Assembly: GCA_944391495.1 (NCBI GenBank)
Contig: CALXTU010000004.1
Location: forward strand, 5,041-69,040
Direction of reading: 5' to 3'
Length of the DNA stretch: 64,000 nt
From: an uncultured Alphaproteobacteria bacterium
GTDB taxonomy: Bacteria; Pseudomonadota; Alphaproteobacteria; RF32; CAG-239
The position numbers were made by a program, and so were the translations under genes. Shown here piece after piece: positions 1 through 7,467 of this stretch (positions are counted from its first letter, which is position 1; each line of letters starts with the position of its first letter). Under the pieces are notes generated by a model. That model worked only from the letters and a program-made list of their open reading frames with translations. It did no database searches and was not told the DNA's origin.

Positions 1-100
1 CAGAGAATTCGTTCCGGTCATAAATATCAAAGAACAGTTTATTATTGTTGAGATGATGCACTTTGCCGCAGACGAAGAGGGCGAAGGGAATGAGGGTTAA
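1..100 (+). CDS. 3' end of upstream gene, probably rimM (partial)
   Basis: Open frame from the window edge to TAA at 98-100. It overlaps the trmD start, as in rpsP-rimM-trmD-rplS operons. Confidence 0.3.
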   Translation, partial: REFVPVINIKEQFIIVEMMHFAADEEGEGNEG

Positions 101-779
101 GGTCTTAACCATATTTCCCGAACTCTTTCCCGGATTTTTGGGAGCTTCGCTGACCGGCAGGGCTTTAGATGAAGGCAAGTGGTCTTTAGAGGCGGTCAAC
201 ATCCGCGATTATGCGTTTGACAAGCATGCCTCGGTAGACGATACCCCATCGGGCGGCGGCGCCGGCATGGTTATGCGGGCCGATGTTCTGGGGGCGGCGC
301 TCAAAGACAACTATCGCGGCGGAAGGCTTTTGAATATGTCGCCGCGCGGTGTGCCTTTAACTCAGGCCAAAGTTCGCGAACTGGCGGCCGAAGAAGAACT
401 GACAATCATCTGTTCCCGTTTTGAGGGGATAGACGAGAGGGTTCTGGAAGCCTATGGTGCCGAAGATGTCTCGGTCGGCGATTATATCCTGACCGGCGGC
501 GAGCAGGCGGCGATGATTATGCTTGATGCCGTTGTCCGGTTGCTTCCCGGAGTTTTGGGAAATGCGGAATCCGCCGTATCCGAAAGCTTTGAGGATAATT
601 TGCTGGAATATCCGCAGTATACGCGGCCTACCGAATGGCAGGGACGGCAGATACCGGAAATTTTGCTTTCGGGACATCATCAAAAAATAGCCGAGTGGCG
701 TCATCTCCAATCGGAACTTGTAACCGAACAACGCAGGCCGGACCTGTGGAAAAAATATCTTGCATCTAAAAAGATTTAG
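90..779 (+). CDS. trmD: tRNA (guanine37-N1)-methyltransferase TrmD
   Basis: The translation matches TrmD ([13 protein letters not shown]..., SPOUT knot region). ATG at 90 is preferred over the TTG that opens the ORF at 63. rplS follows. Confidence 0.9.
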   Translation: MRVKVLTIFPELFPGFLGASLTGRALDEGKWSLEAVNIRDYAFDKHASVDDTPSGGGAGMVMRADVLGAALKDNYRGGRLLNMSPRGVPLTQAKVRELAAEEELTIICSRFEGIDERVLEAYGAEDVSVGDYILTGGEQAAMIMLDAVVRLLPGVLGNAESAVSESFEDNLLEYPQYTRPTEWQGRQIPEILLSGHHQKIAEWRHLQSELVTEQRRPDLWKKYLASKKI

Positions 780-819
780 GTGTAAAAGCTAACCAACCGT
801 AATGAAAAAGGGTAAAACG

Positions 820-1215
820 ATGAACATTATTGAAAACATTGAAAAAGAGCAGATGGAAAAGTTGCTCGAAGGCAAAAATCTTCCCAACTTTAAACCCGGC
901 GATACTCTTAGAGTTCATACCAAAGTAAAAGAGGGTGACAGAGAACGTATCCAGGTTTATGAGGGTGTTTGCATTGCGCGTAAAAACGATGGTTTGAACT
1001 CTTCTTTCACCGTCCGCAAAATTTCTTTCGGCGAGGGTGTAGAAAGAGTATTCCCGCTGTATTCGCCGAATGTTGCGAAGATTGAGGTTTCGCGTATTGG
1101 TAAAGTACGTCGTGCCAAATTGTACTTCCTGCGTGCTTTGCGCGGTCGTTCGGCTCGTATTGCCGACGATTTGTCCGCAACGGCTAAGGCTAAAGACGAA
1201 GAAAAAAGCGAATAA
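820..1215 (+). CDS. rplS: 50S ribosomal protein L19
   Basis: The [11 protein letters not shown]...RVHTKVKEG... sequence is L19. An AAGGG ribosome-binding site precedes ATG 820. Confidence 0.9.
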   Translation: MNIIENIEKEQMEKLLEGKNLPNFKPGDTLRVHTKVKEGDRERIQVYEGVCIARKNDGLNSSFTVRKISFGEGVERVFPLYSPNVAKIEVSRIGKVRRAKLYFLRALRGRSARIADDLSATAKAKDEEKSE

Positions 1216-1246
1216 TTTGCAAATAAGGCATTTGCCGAACTAAAAA

Positions 1247-1273
1247 AGCGGGTTCTGTGCACCCGCTTTTTTA
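1247..1273 (+). terminator. Rho-independent terminator after rplS
   Basis: agcgggt-tctgtgc-acccgct hairpin followed by a T-tract. Confidence 0.6.
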
Positions 1274-1348
1274 GTACAATTTGAATCAACCAAAGGTTTG
1301 ATTTTAAGATTAAGACAAAATAAAGTTGTTGATAAACCGGAGCCGGTC

Positions 1349-1378
1349 TTGACTTTAGTTCGATTTTCGTTCTATGAA
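1349..1378 (+). promoter_or_regulatory. Candidate sigma70-type promoter for toxin cassette A
   Basis: TTGACT, an 18-nt spacer, then TATGAA, about 55 bp upstream of ATG 1432. Confidence 0.3.
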
Positions 1379-1392
1379 TATAAGCGGGGAAT

Positions 1393-1717
1393 AATTTTGT
1401 CCTCTTTTTAGAACAGAAAGGAATATCAAGGATGATAGGGGAAAAAACAACATTCCGGCAACAGCTGGAAAAATTACAAAGAGCGGGCGAGGAAAAGAGG
1501 CTTAAAGCATTGCAGGCCAAATATCCGAACCCGAATAATATTGATTACGGCAATATGAGCCTGCGCGACGAGTTGCAAACACGTTTTGATTTAGACGAGA
1601 TGAACAATCTCTCAACCAAGCTCGGCGCACCGAGCGGTTTGGCGGTCGGCAATGATAACGGCGCGCCGGTTCAAGACTTGAGCCAACGCCTGTCCGGCAA
1701 CGATACAGAGGCACAAA
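1393..1717. repeat. Repeat Z copy 1, covering the 5' leader and conserved toxin N-terminal domain
   Basis: Near-identical to 2628-2950. The first 33 codons are identical and the next ~60 codons are similar. Confidence 0.8.
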
Positions 1718-2214
1718 ACAGCTTTTATAAGCCTTTATCCAGACCAAATAAAGATAATGCCAATTGTTATATGACATTTGATGGACAAAGTTTAAATCTT
1801 GTAGGCGGCAATCCAACACATCAATACACATTAAATGCGATGTCCGGAAATCCTGATTATCAGGCCAGACAATATCAGTCAAAAAAGTATTTGGGTCCGA
1901 TACCGGAAGGAACATATTATGCCGCGCAAAATCAAAGACAAATAATTGATCCGATAAATGCCGCAGCAGGCATTATAAATGAAGGAAATTGGCGTAAATC
2001 TATCCCCGCATGGGGATTAAGACGAGTTTGGCTGCAGCCAGACATAAACACAAATACTTATGGTCGAAGTGGCTTTTCAATTCACGGAGGTTGGAAAAAA
2101 GGATCGGCAGGTTGCATAGATATTCCATGGCAAACCGGAAAGCTTAGTCGGTATTTAGATGATTGTCAGGATAACGTTCCGGTTTATGTAAAATATACCA
2201 AGGAGAAATGGTGA
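1432..2214 (+). CDS. Polymorphic toxin A: conserved N-terminal domain plus Tlde1/DUF2778-like C-terminal domain
   Basis: Residues 1-95 are shared with the ORF at 2665. The C-terminus carries GPIPEGTYY and GFSIHGGWKKGSAGCID, a His-x10-Cys arrangement like the LD-transpeptidase-fold effector Tlde1. AAGGA ribosome-binding site. Confidence 0.6.
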   Translation: MIGEKTTFRQQLEKLQRAGEEKRLKALQAKYPNPNNIDYGNMSLRDELQTRFDLDEMNNLSTKLGAPSGLAVGNDNGAPVQDLSQRLSGNDTEAQNSFYKPLSRPNKDNANCYMTFDGQSLNLVGGNPTHQYTLNAMSGNPDYQARQYQSKKYLGPIPEGTYYAAQNQRQIIDPINAAAGIINEGNWRKSIPAWGLRRVWLQPDINTNTYGRSGFSIHGGWKKGSAGCIDIPWQTGKLSRYLDDCQDNVPVYVKYTKEKW

Positions 2215-2564
2215 TGAACAAAGCCAAAGTGTATGAAAGGTTGCAGAAAATAAAAACATTTATCAAGCTTTTCAAGTGGTATATCTGTTTTTATATTTTA
2301 TACTTTTTGATATTAGTAAAAGAATATTTTTATCCGCCGGCCAAAGACGATCAAATTTGGGGTGCCCAAGAAACGATGAGCGATTGGAATTACCAGAATC
2401 AAGAGTTGTATCTTGAGTCAATAAAAATAGATATTGGAATTTCAATTTTAATTTTTTTGTTGGCGCTTAGCAATATGCAAAACTATCCGCGAATAGCCAA
2501 ACTGATTTTGCTATATCCATGGTTTATGGCACTATGGAATATAATTGAGTATGAATATATGTAA
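2214..2564 (+). CDS. Putative immunity protein A (N-terminal TM helix), translationally coupled to toxin A
   Basis: ATG 2214 overlaps the toxin stop (TGATG), 8 nt after AGGAG. It is a predicted membrane protein whose last ~29 codons lie inside repeat X. Confidence 0.5.
   Translation: MNKAKVYERLQKIKTFIKLFKWYICFYILYFLILVKEYFYPPAKDDQIWGAQETMSDWNYQNQELYLESIKIDIGISILIFLLALSNMQNYPRIAKLILLYPWFMALWNIIEYEYM
2472..2558. repeat. Repeat X copy 1
   Basis: 87 bp, ~95% identical to 4308-4396. Confidence 0.8.
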
Positions 2565-2574
2565 ATTAATAATC

Positions 2575-2633
2575 ATCCAGGCGGTAACATAAAATAAAAA
2601 CATATTTTGCAAAACAACCATAGATTTAATTTT
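2575..2633. repeat. Repeat Y copy 1
   Basis: 59 bp, similar to 3908-3966 (atccRRgcggtaacataaaat...agatttaatttt). Confidence 0.75.
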
Positions 2634-2950
2634 CCGTTTTTTAGAACAGAAAGGAATATCAAGGATGATAGGGGAAAAAACAACATTCCGGCAACAGCTG
2701 GAAAAATTACAAAGAGCGGGCGAGGAAAAGAGGCTTAAAGCATTGCAGGCCAAATATCCGAACCCTGATAATATTGACTACGGCAATATGAGCCTGCGCA
2801 ATGAATTGCAGACGCGCTTTGATCTGAACGAGATGAACAACCTATCCGCCAAACTCGGCACATCAAACGGTTTTACTGTTGGTAATGATAACAGCGCACC
2901 GGTTCAAGACTTGAGCCAACGCCTGTCCGGCAATGACAAAGGAACACAAA
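2628..2950. repeat. Repeat Z copy 2
   Basis: See copy 1. Confidence 0.8.
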
Positions 2951-3324
2951 ACGGTTTTTATGCTGCTCTCGGCAAACCGACGCCAAATTACATTCCGAAA
3001 AGCCATATCCTGGAAATAGCTGGTGCCGGCCTGCAAGGTTTCGGTAAAGGAATTGAAAGTGGAATGTTAACGGCGGTTAATGGTGCGACAAACGACTACT
3101 ATAATAAATTAAGTTCAAAATATTTAGGGGATTATTATAACAAGAATCAACGTCAAATTCAGCGGCAAGCGGAGGCGGCAGGCTTAGGTCAAGCCAACCA
3201 GATAGCTAATGATGTCATAGAATACGGTGCAAGTGCCTGGGCAGATACCAAAACCGCCGGTCTTTTATCAAGTAATTTATTTAATCAACCATGGGCGACA
3301 AATTGGTTGAAGAAGTTAAAATAA
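2665..3324 (+). CDS. Polymorphic toxin B: same N-terminal domain, Gly/Asn/Tyr-rich glycine-zipper-like C-terminus
   Basis: The N-terminal ~95 aa are near-identical to toxin A. The C-terminus (AGAGLQGFGKGIESG...) is unrelated to toxin A. Confidence 0.55.
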   Translation: MIGEKTTFRQQLEKLQRAGEEKRLKALQAKYPNPDNIDYGNMSLRNELQTRFDLNEMNNLSAKLGTSNGFTVGNDNSAPVQDLSQRLSGNDKGTQNGFYAALGKPTPNYIPKSHILEIAGAGLQGFGKGIESGMLTAVNGATNDYYNKLSSKYLGDYYNKNQRQIQRQAEAAGLGQANQIANDVIEYGASAWADTKTAGLLSSNLFNQPWATNWLKKLK

Positions 3325-3391
3325 TTTAGTAAACAAATAAGAGGCAGATATTGATTAACGATGTCTGCCTCAACAAATAAAGGAAACACTA

Positions 3392-3925
3392 ATGCCCTAT
3401 CCAGATAAACAAGCAATATTCAGCCGCATAAAAGAACTTTTGTTGCACTATGTTTTTTCATTCAAGGGTTTTGCAAACGGCTTGCAATTTGGTATAGCCA
3501 CTTCAATAGCATTTATATCTAATGATATTTTAAGCAAGTTGGATGTTTCTTTAACAATACGCAATTTTATTTATGGCTATATAATGCTGGTCGCATTTCA
3601 AAAAAGATGTCGGGATATCAACATCAAAGGGACATTAATAATAATTTTTATAACACTTGCTTTCTTTTATGTGGCAATATTTGAAGCACTTAAGCTTGAT
3701 ATGTATGGTTATTTGGATACAATATCAAAATTTTTCCTTCACGCATATGCATTTCTTGTTCTGACCATGATGATTTTACCATCATCACAAATCAAAAATG
3801 CCGAATTGACCAGCCCGTTGTTAAAATACCCGTATTTATACGTGTTAGTGTGTATTGGCATATGCCTTTGGGGTATATCCGTGGTATCAGAACATCAAGA
3901 TGAAATTATCCGAGCGGTAACATAA
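3392..3925 (+). CDS. Putative immunity protein B (polytopic membrane protein)
   Basis: 177 aa with 4-5 hydrophobic helices and an AAAGGA ribosome-binding site. It lies directly downstream of toxin B, and its 3' end runs into repeat Y. Confidence 0.45.
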   Translation: MPYPDKQAIFSRIKELLLHYVFSFKGFANGLQFGIATSIAFISNDILSKLDVSLTIRNFIYGYIMLVAFQKRCRDINIKGTLIIIFITLAFFYVAIFEALKLDMYGYLDTISKFFLHAYAFLVLTMMILPSSQIKNAELTSPLLKYPYLYVLVCIGICLWGISVVSEHQDEIIRAVT

Positions 3926-3966
3926 AATGAAAACATATTTTACGAGGCAACCAAAGATTTAATTTT
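3908..3966. repeat. Repeat Y copy 2
   Basis: See copy 1. Confidence 0.75.
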
Positions 3967-4018
3967 AATAAGTCTAATTCTCGAGACGCTTGTAATTCAT
4001 ATAGAGTTAATGGAATAA

Positions 4019-4294
4019 ATGATAAGTATTAACCCCCAAAAAATAACACAATATCTGCGGAAGGCAATTAAAATGGCAAGCCTTGTTATCGGACTGACCA
4101 TAATAGCCATAATCTGCTATATTATAGGTTATTTGCTAACAGATAAGGAGGGATGGTGTTTAAGTGAAGGACATGGTGTTTGGGATGCCGACAGACAAGA
4201 ATGCAGGCAAGATTGTCTGACTTGGCGTAAAGATATCGGTTGTGTTCCGATAACTGAAGAGAATATCAGAAAAAAAGAAAAAGGATTATTATAA
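4019..4294 (+). CDS. Small TM plus 4-Cys protein (possible orphan immunity protein)
   Basis: 91 aa with one TM helix and a Cys-rich tail. It sits between repeat Y copy 2 and repeat X copy 2. Confidence 0.3.
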   Translation: MISINPQKITQYLRKAIKMASLVIGLTIIAIICYIIGYLLTDKEGWCLSEGHGVWDADRQECRQDCLTWRKDIGCVPITEENIRKKEKGLL

Positions 4295-4307
4295 AGCCCG
4301 ATAGTAT

Positions 4308-4396
4308 AATATGCAAAACTATCCGCGATTGGCCAAACTGATTTTGCTATATCCATGGTTTATGGCGCTATGGAATATAATTGAGTATGAATATTT
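4308..4396. repeat. Repeat X copy 2 (terminal copy next to hisS)
   Basis: See copy 1. Confidence 0.8.
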
Positions 4397-4432
4397 GCGA
4401 AAGCAGAATGTTAACGGCAGGAAAGGGGCAAA

Positions 4433-5743
4433 TCAGTTTAACAGAACCTCGGCCAGCGCGGCGGCATCAAGGCTTTTTTGCTCTCCGGATGCCATATCTT
4501 TGAGGCTGTAAAGCTTGGTCTTGGCTTCCTCTTCGCCGATGATAATCAGATACGGCACGCCGATTTTGTTGGCATATTCCATTTTCTTTTTGAACTTGCA
4601 TTGCCGATACATAACGTCAACCGGAATATTCTTTTGCCGCAGTTTGCCGGCCAGGCTGACGGCCTCATCGGTGAAAGCGGCGTCTTGCGTGATAATCAGC
4701 GCCTTGTCGGGCGTCAGAACCTTAATTGGCAGCAGATTATTGGCGCGCAACTGGTCAAACAACCGTGTCAGGCCGATAGATATGCCGACGCCGGGAAATT
4801 TCTTGTCCATAAACACCGAAGACAAATTATCATAGCGGCCGCCGGAACAAACCGAGCCGAACTGCGGATATTCGTCAAAAAAGGTCTCATAAACCGTGCC
4901 GGTATAATAGTCCAACCCGCGGGTGATACTCAGATCAATCTGCATATTAGTCGCCGGCAGTCCGAGGTTTTGCGCCTGCGAAACAACCGTCTTGAGCTCG
5001 TTCAGGCCTTCGGCAAACACACCGTCTTTAATGTCAAAACCTTCAAGTTTTGCTATAATTTGCTCGTTTGAACCGTTGATTTTGATAAAATCAAGCAATC
5101 TTTGCCGTTGCGCTTCTTCCAGTCCCAAATCATTGAGCTCGCCCAAAAAGGCCTCTTCGGGAATTTTTTTGATTTTATCAACCAGCCGCAAGACGTCGAC
5201 CGTTTTGTCGGCAATGCCGAGATATTCCAAAAAGCCGCTCAAAAGCTTACGGTTGTTGATATAGATTTTAAAAGCCGGCAGCTCCAGCTTGCTGAATACC
5301 GTATAAATCACCGCCAGAACTTCCGCGTCATAAATAATATTCAGCTCGTCGCGGTCGATAATGTCGATATCGCATTGATAAAATTCGCGGAACCGGCCTT
5401 TTTGCGGGCGTTCGCCGCGGTATACCTTGCCGATTTGATAACGTTTGAACGGAAAGGTCAGTTCATTGTTATAGAGCGCGACATATTTGGCCAGCGGCAC
5501 CGTCAGGTCAAAACGCATGGCAATATCGGTGTCACCTTTTTTAAACTCGTAAATTTGTTTTTCCGTCTCGCCGCCGGATTTTGAGAGCAAAACTTCCGCC
5601 AGCTCCAACACCGGCGTATCAAGCGGCGCAAATCCGAATAATTCGTAAGTATGGGCAATGACGGCTTTCATGTGATTAAAAACAAGTTGCTCCTGCGGCA
5701 AAAGTTCCATAAACCCCTGTAACGTACGTGCGGTCATTGTCAT
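4433..5743 (-). CDS. hisS: Histidine--tRNA ligase
   Basis: Class II aaRS motifs are present. The start is taken at the internal Met (MTMTARTLQGF) after GGAGA; the longer ORF upstream has no similarity. Confidence 0.9.
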   Translation of the reverse strand: MTMTARTLQGFMELLPQEQLVFNHMKAVIAHTYELFGFAPLDTPVLELAEVLLSKSGGETEKQIYEFKKGDTDIAMRFDLTVPLAKYVALYNNELTFPFKRYQIGKVYRGERPQKGRFREFYQCDIDIIDRDELNIIYDAEVLAVIYTVFSKLELPAFKIYINNRKLLSGFLEYLGIADKTVDVLRLVDKIKKIPEEAFLGELNDLGLEEAQRQRLLDFIKINGSNEQIIAKLEGFDIKDGVFAEGLNELKTVVSQAQNLGLPATNMQIDLSITRGLDYYTGTVYETFFDEYPQFGSVCSGGRYDNLSSVFMDKKFPGVGISIGLTRLFDQLRANNLLPIKVLTPDKALIITQDAAFTDEAVSLAGKLRQKNIPVDVMYRQCKFKKKMEYANKIGVPYLIIIGEEEAKTKLYSLKDMASGEQKSLDAAALAEVLLN

Positions 5744-5879
5744 ATCTCCGTTAAAATTAAATTCAGACAAACTTAAAATTACAGCCATTTTAACACTTCT
5801 GTCAAGCAGCTTATGCCGAAACTTTAAGTTTTTAAAACAAAAAACTCCCCGGCCTTTCACAAGACGGGGAGAAAAATTT

Positions 5880-7169
5880 TTATTTTTTTCCGTGATATTT
5901 CATTTGCGGCGCCAGATAGGCACAGGGACCGAACAGCAGAGCAGTGTATTGCTTCTGGTTCAGATTGTTTCTGCCGCCCCAGAGAAGTATGGCTTGTTTG
6001 TTTCCGCTGCGCATGAGCTTGATGATATGTGCATCATCATAAAAGCCCTCCGCGGCAAATATCTCGGCCCAGGCAGGGTTTTCCAGCGACATATCCTGAA
6101 CTTTGCCGCCGATTTTTTTGCCGTTGATTTTAATACATTTCAGCAACCCTGCGACATCATTTCTCGGTCCTTGTTCTGCCAGAGGTTTGAACCACTTAGC
6201 CTGAGCATTCTCTTCCATAATGTCAAAGAGTCGTTGTTGCAGTTCCGGTGCCGCCAAATCATACAAGGTTAAAGGCAGTTTGTCTTCTTTGGCCAGATTA
6301 AGCAGCGTTTCCGGCCGGCAAAGCTTGTCCGAGAGTCTGACGGAAATCTCCTTCGGCAAAGCGGTCAGAAGTTGATCTGCTGCTGCTCGATGCCGGTCGT
6401 TGATTAATCGTTCAATCAACCGTTCGACAAGGTCGTATTGCCGGAGCCTCAGCCAGTAATTGGCCATTTTATTGGCAACGGCCAAAGAGTCGGCATCGTC
6501 AGCCCAGACGTTAAAGTCAGGAAGCTGCACCAGCTGTTCTGCCGGTATGTTCGGCCGGTAAGTCTTGTTTTTGAAAAGCAGGGACATTGCCGCTGCAGCT
6601 GTTTTCTGCAGATCGCCGGTAGCAAATAAGGCGTCTTGCCTTAATATTTTGTCCAGACCTTGCAGGATATCAACGCTGTAACCGACAACCAGCCGGCCGA
6701 ACAGCATCGTTCTGGCTTCTCCGCTCAGTCTTGCGACGGTTTTGTCATAGAAGCTTCCCGATTGTTTCTTAAGCAGTACGGGAACCCACTTTTTGTCGCT
6801 GTTGCAGACATGGACAATCTCGTCGTTTGACAGCGTGTAGCCTTTACTGGCAACGGCTCTGTCTTGTGCCGTCTCATTGTTAAAAGCAGCATAAAATTCC
6901 TCGCTGTTGCGGATTTCGTCAACAAACAGCTCCCAGAGTTTCTCGTCTTTCAGGCATTTTAGCCTGGTTGCCGGCCGCCAGAGGTGTTCAGCCATCCGGC
7001 GGAAGCGGTAATTTGGTGTCTTGCTGAGGATTTTCATCTCTCTTTTGTGGGAGAGAAGAAAATACGAGGCATAAAAGTTGCCTTTTTTTGTGTGACGTAA
7101 GGCCCATGCCGGAAATAATTTAACAACCGGAGCGACGGCTGAAACAGCCATTGTTTTAATTGAATACAT
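5880..7169 (-). CDS. Hypothetical protein (429 aa)
   Basis: Long ORF with native-looking codon usage. No recognisable domain. Confidence 0.45.
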   Translation of the reverse strand: MYSIKTMAVSAVAPVVKLFPAWALRHTKKGNFYASYFLLSHKREMKILSKTPNYRFRRMAEHLWRPATRLKCLKDEKLWELFVDEIRNSEEFYAAFNNETAQDRAVASKGYTLSNDEIVHVCNSDKKWVPVLLKKQSGSFYDKTVARLSGEARTMLFGRLVVGYSVDILQGLDKILRQDALFATGDLQKTAAAAMSLLFKNKTYRPNIPAEQLVQLPDFNVWADDADSLAVANKMANYWLRLRQYDLVERLIERLINDRHRAAADQLLTALPKEISVRLSDKLCRPETLLNLAKEDKLPLTLYDLAAPELQQRLFDIMEENAQAKWFKPLAEQGPRNDVAGLLKCIKINGKKIGGKVQDMSLENPAWAEIFAAEGFYDDAHIIKLMRSGNKQAILLWGGRNNLNQKQYTALLFGPCAYLAPQMKYHGKK

Positions 7170-7467
7170 AAAATAAAAAATTTAAGTTTTTAACAATCTT
7201 GTACGCGTTTCGCACAAGAGCCTCAAAACAACCGTAACCCTCGCTCGGCAAATACCCGGACGCTTTCCGCAAAATGCAAAAAACAGCCAAATATCCGGTC
7301 AAACTAATAGTCACAATAATCTTGAAACGATAGCAATATACCATTTTTGTCTAAATATGTCAACATATAAGCAGCGGATTTTTTGCAAAAACATCTTGGT
7401 CTGATTAAAAAAAGTGTTATAACTGGTACGGGTAGGTTTTTAAGTAAATAAGTAAAGAAGATGCAAA

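Noticed and set aside
957-1520. Minus-strand ORFs 957-1520 and 2532-2753 sharing MACNALSLFSSPALCNFSSCCRNV...
   Set aside because: They are antisense to the duplicated toxin leader and N-terminal region (repeat Z). The shared sequence is a consequence of the DNA repeat, and they overlap rplS or the immunity gene.
4478-5584. Plus-strand ORFs inside hisS (4478-5071, 4515-4835, 4923-5264, 5102-5584)
   Set aside because: They are antisense to a clearly conserved gene. Long antisense frames of this kind are expected by chance opposite GC3-rich coding sequence.
4433-5860. Long form of hisS starting at 5860 (475 aa)
   Set aside because: The extra 39 N-terminal residues have no HisRS similarity, and a Shine-Dalgarno sequence (GGAGA) precedes the internal Met at about 5743.
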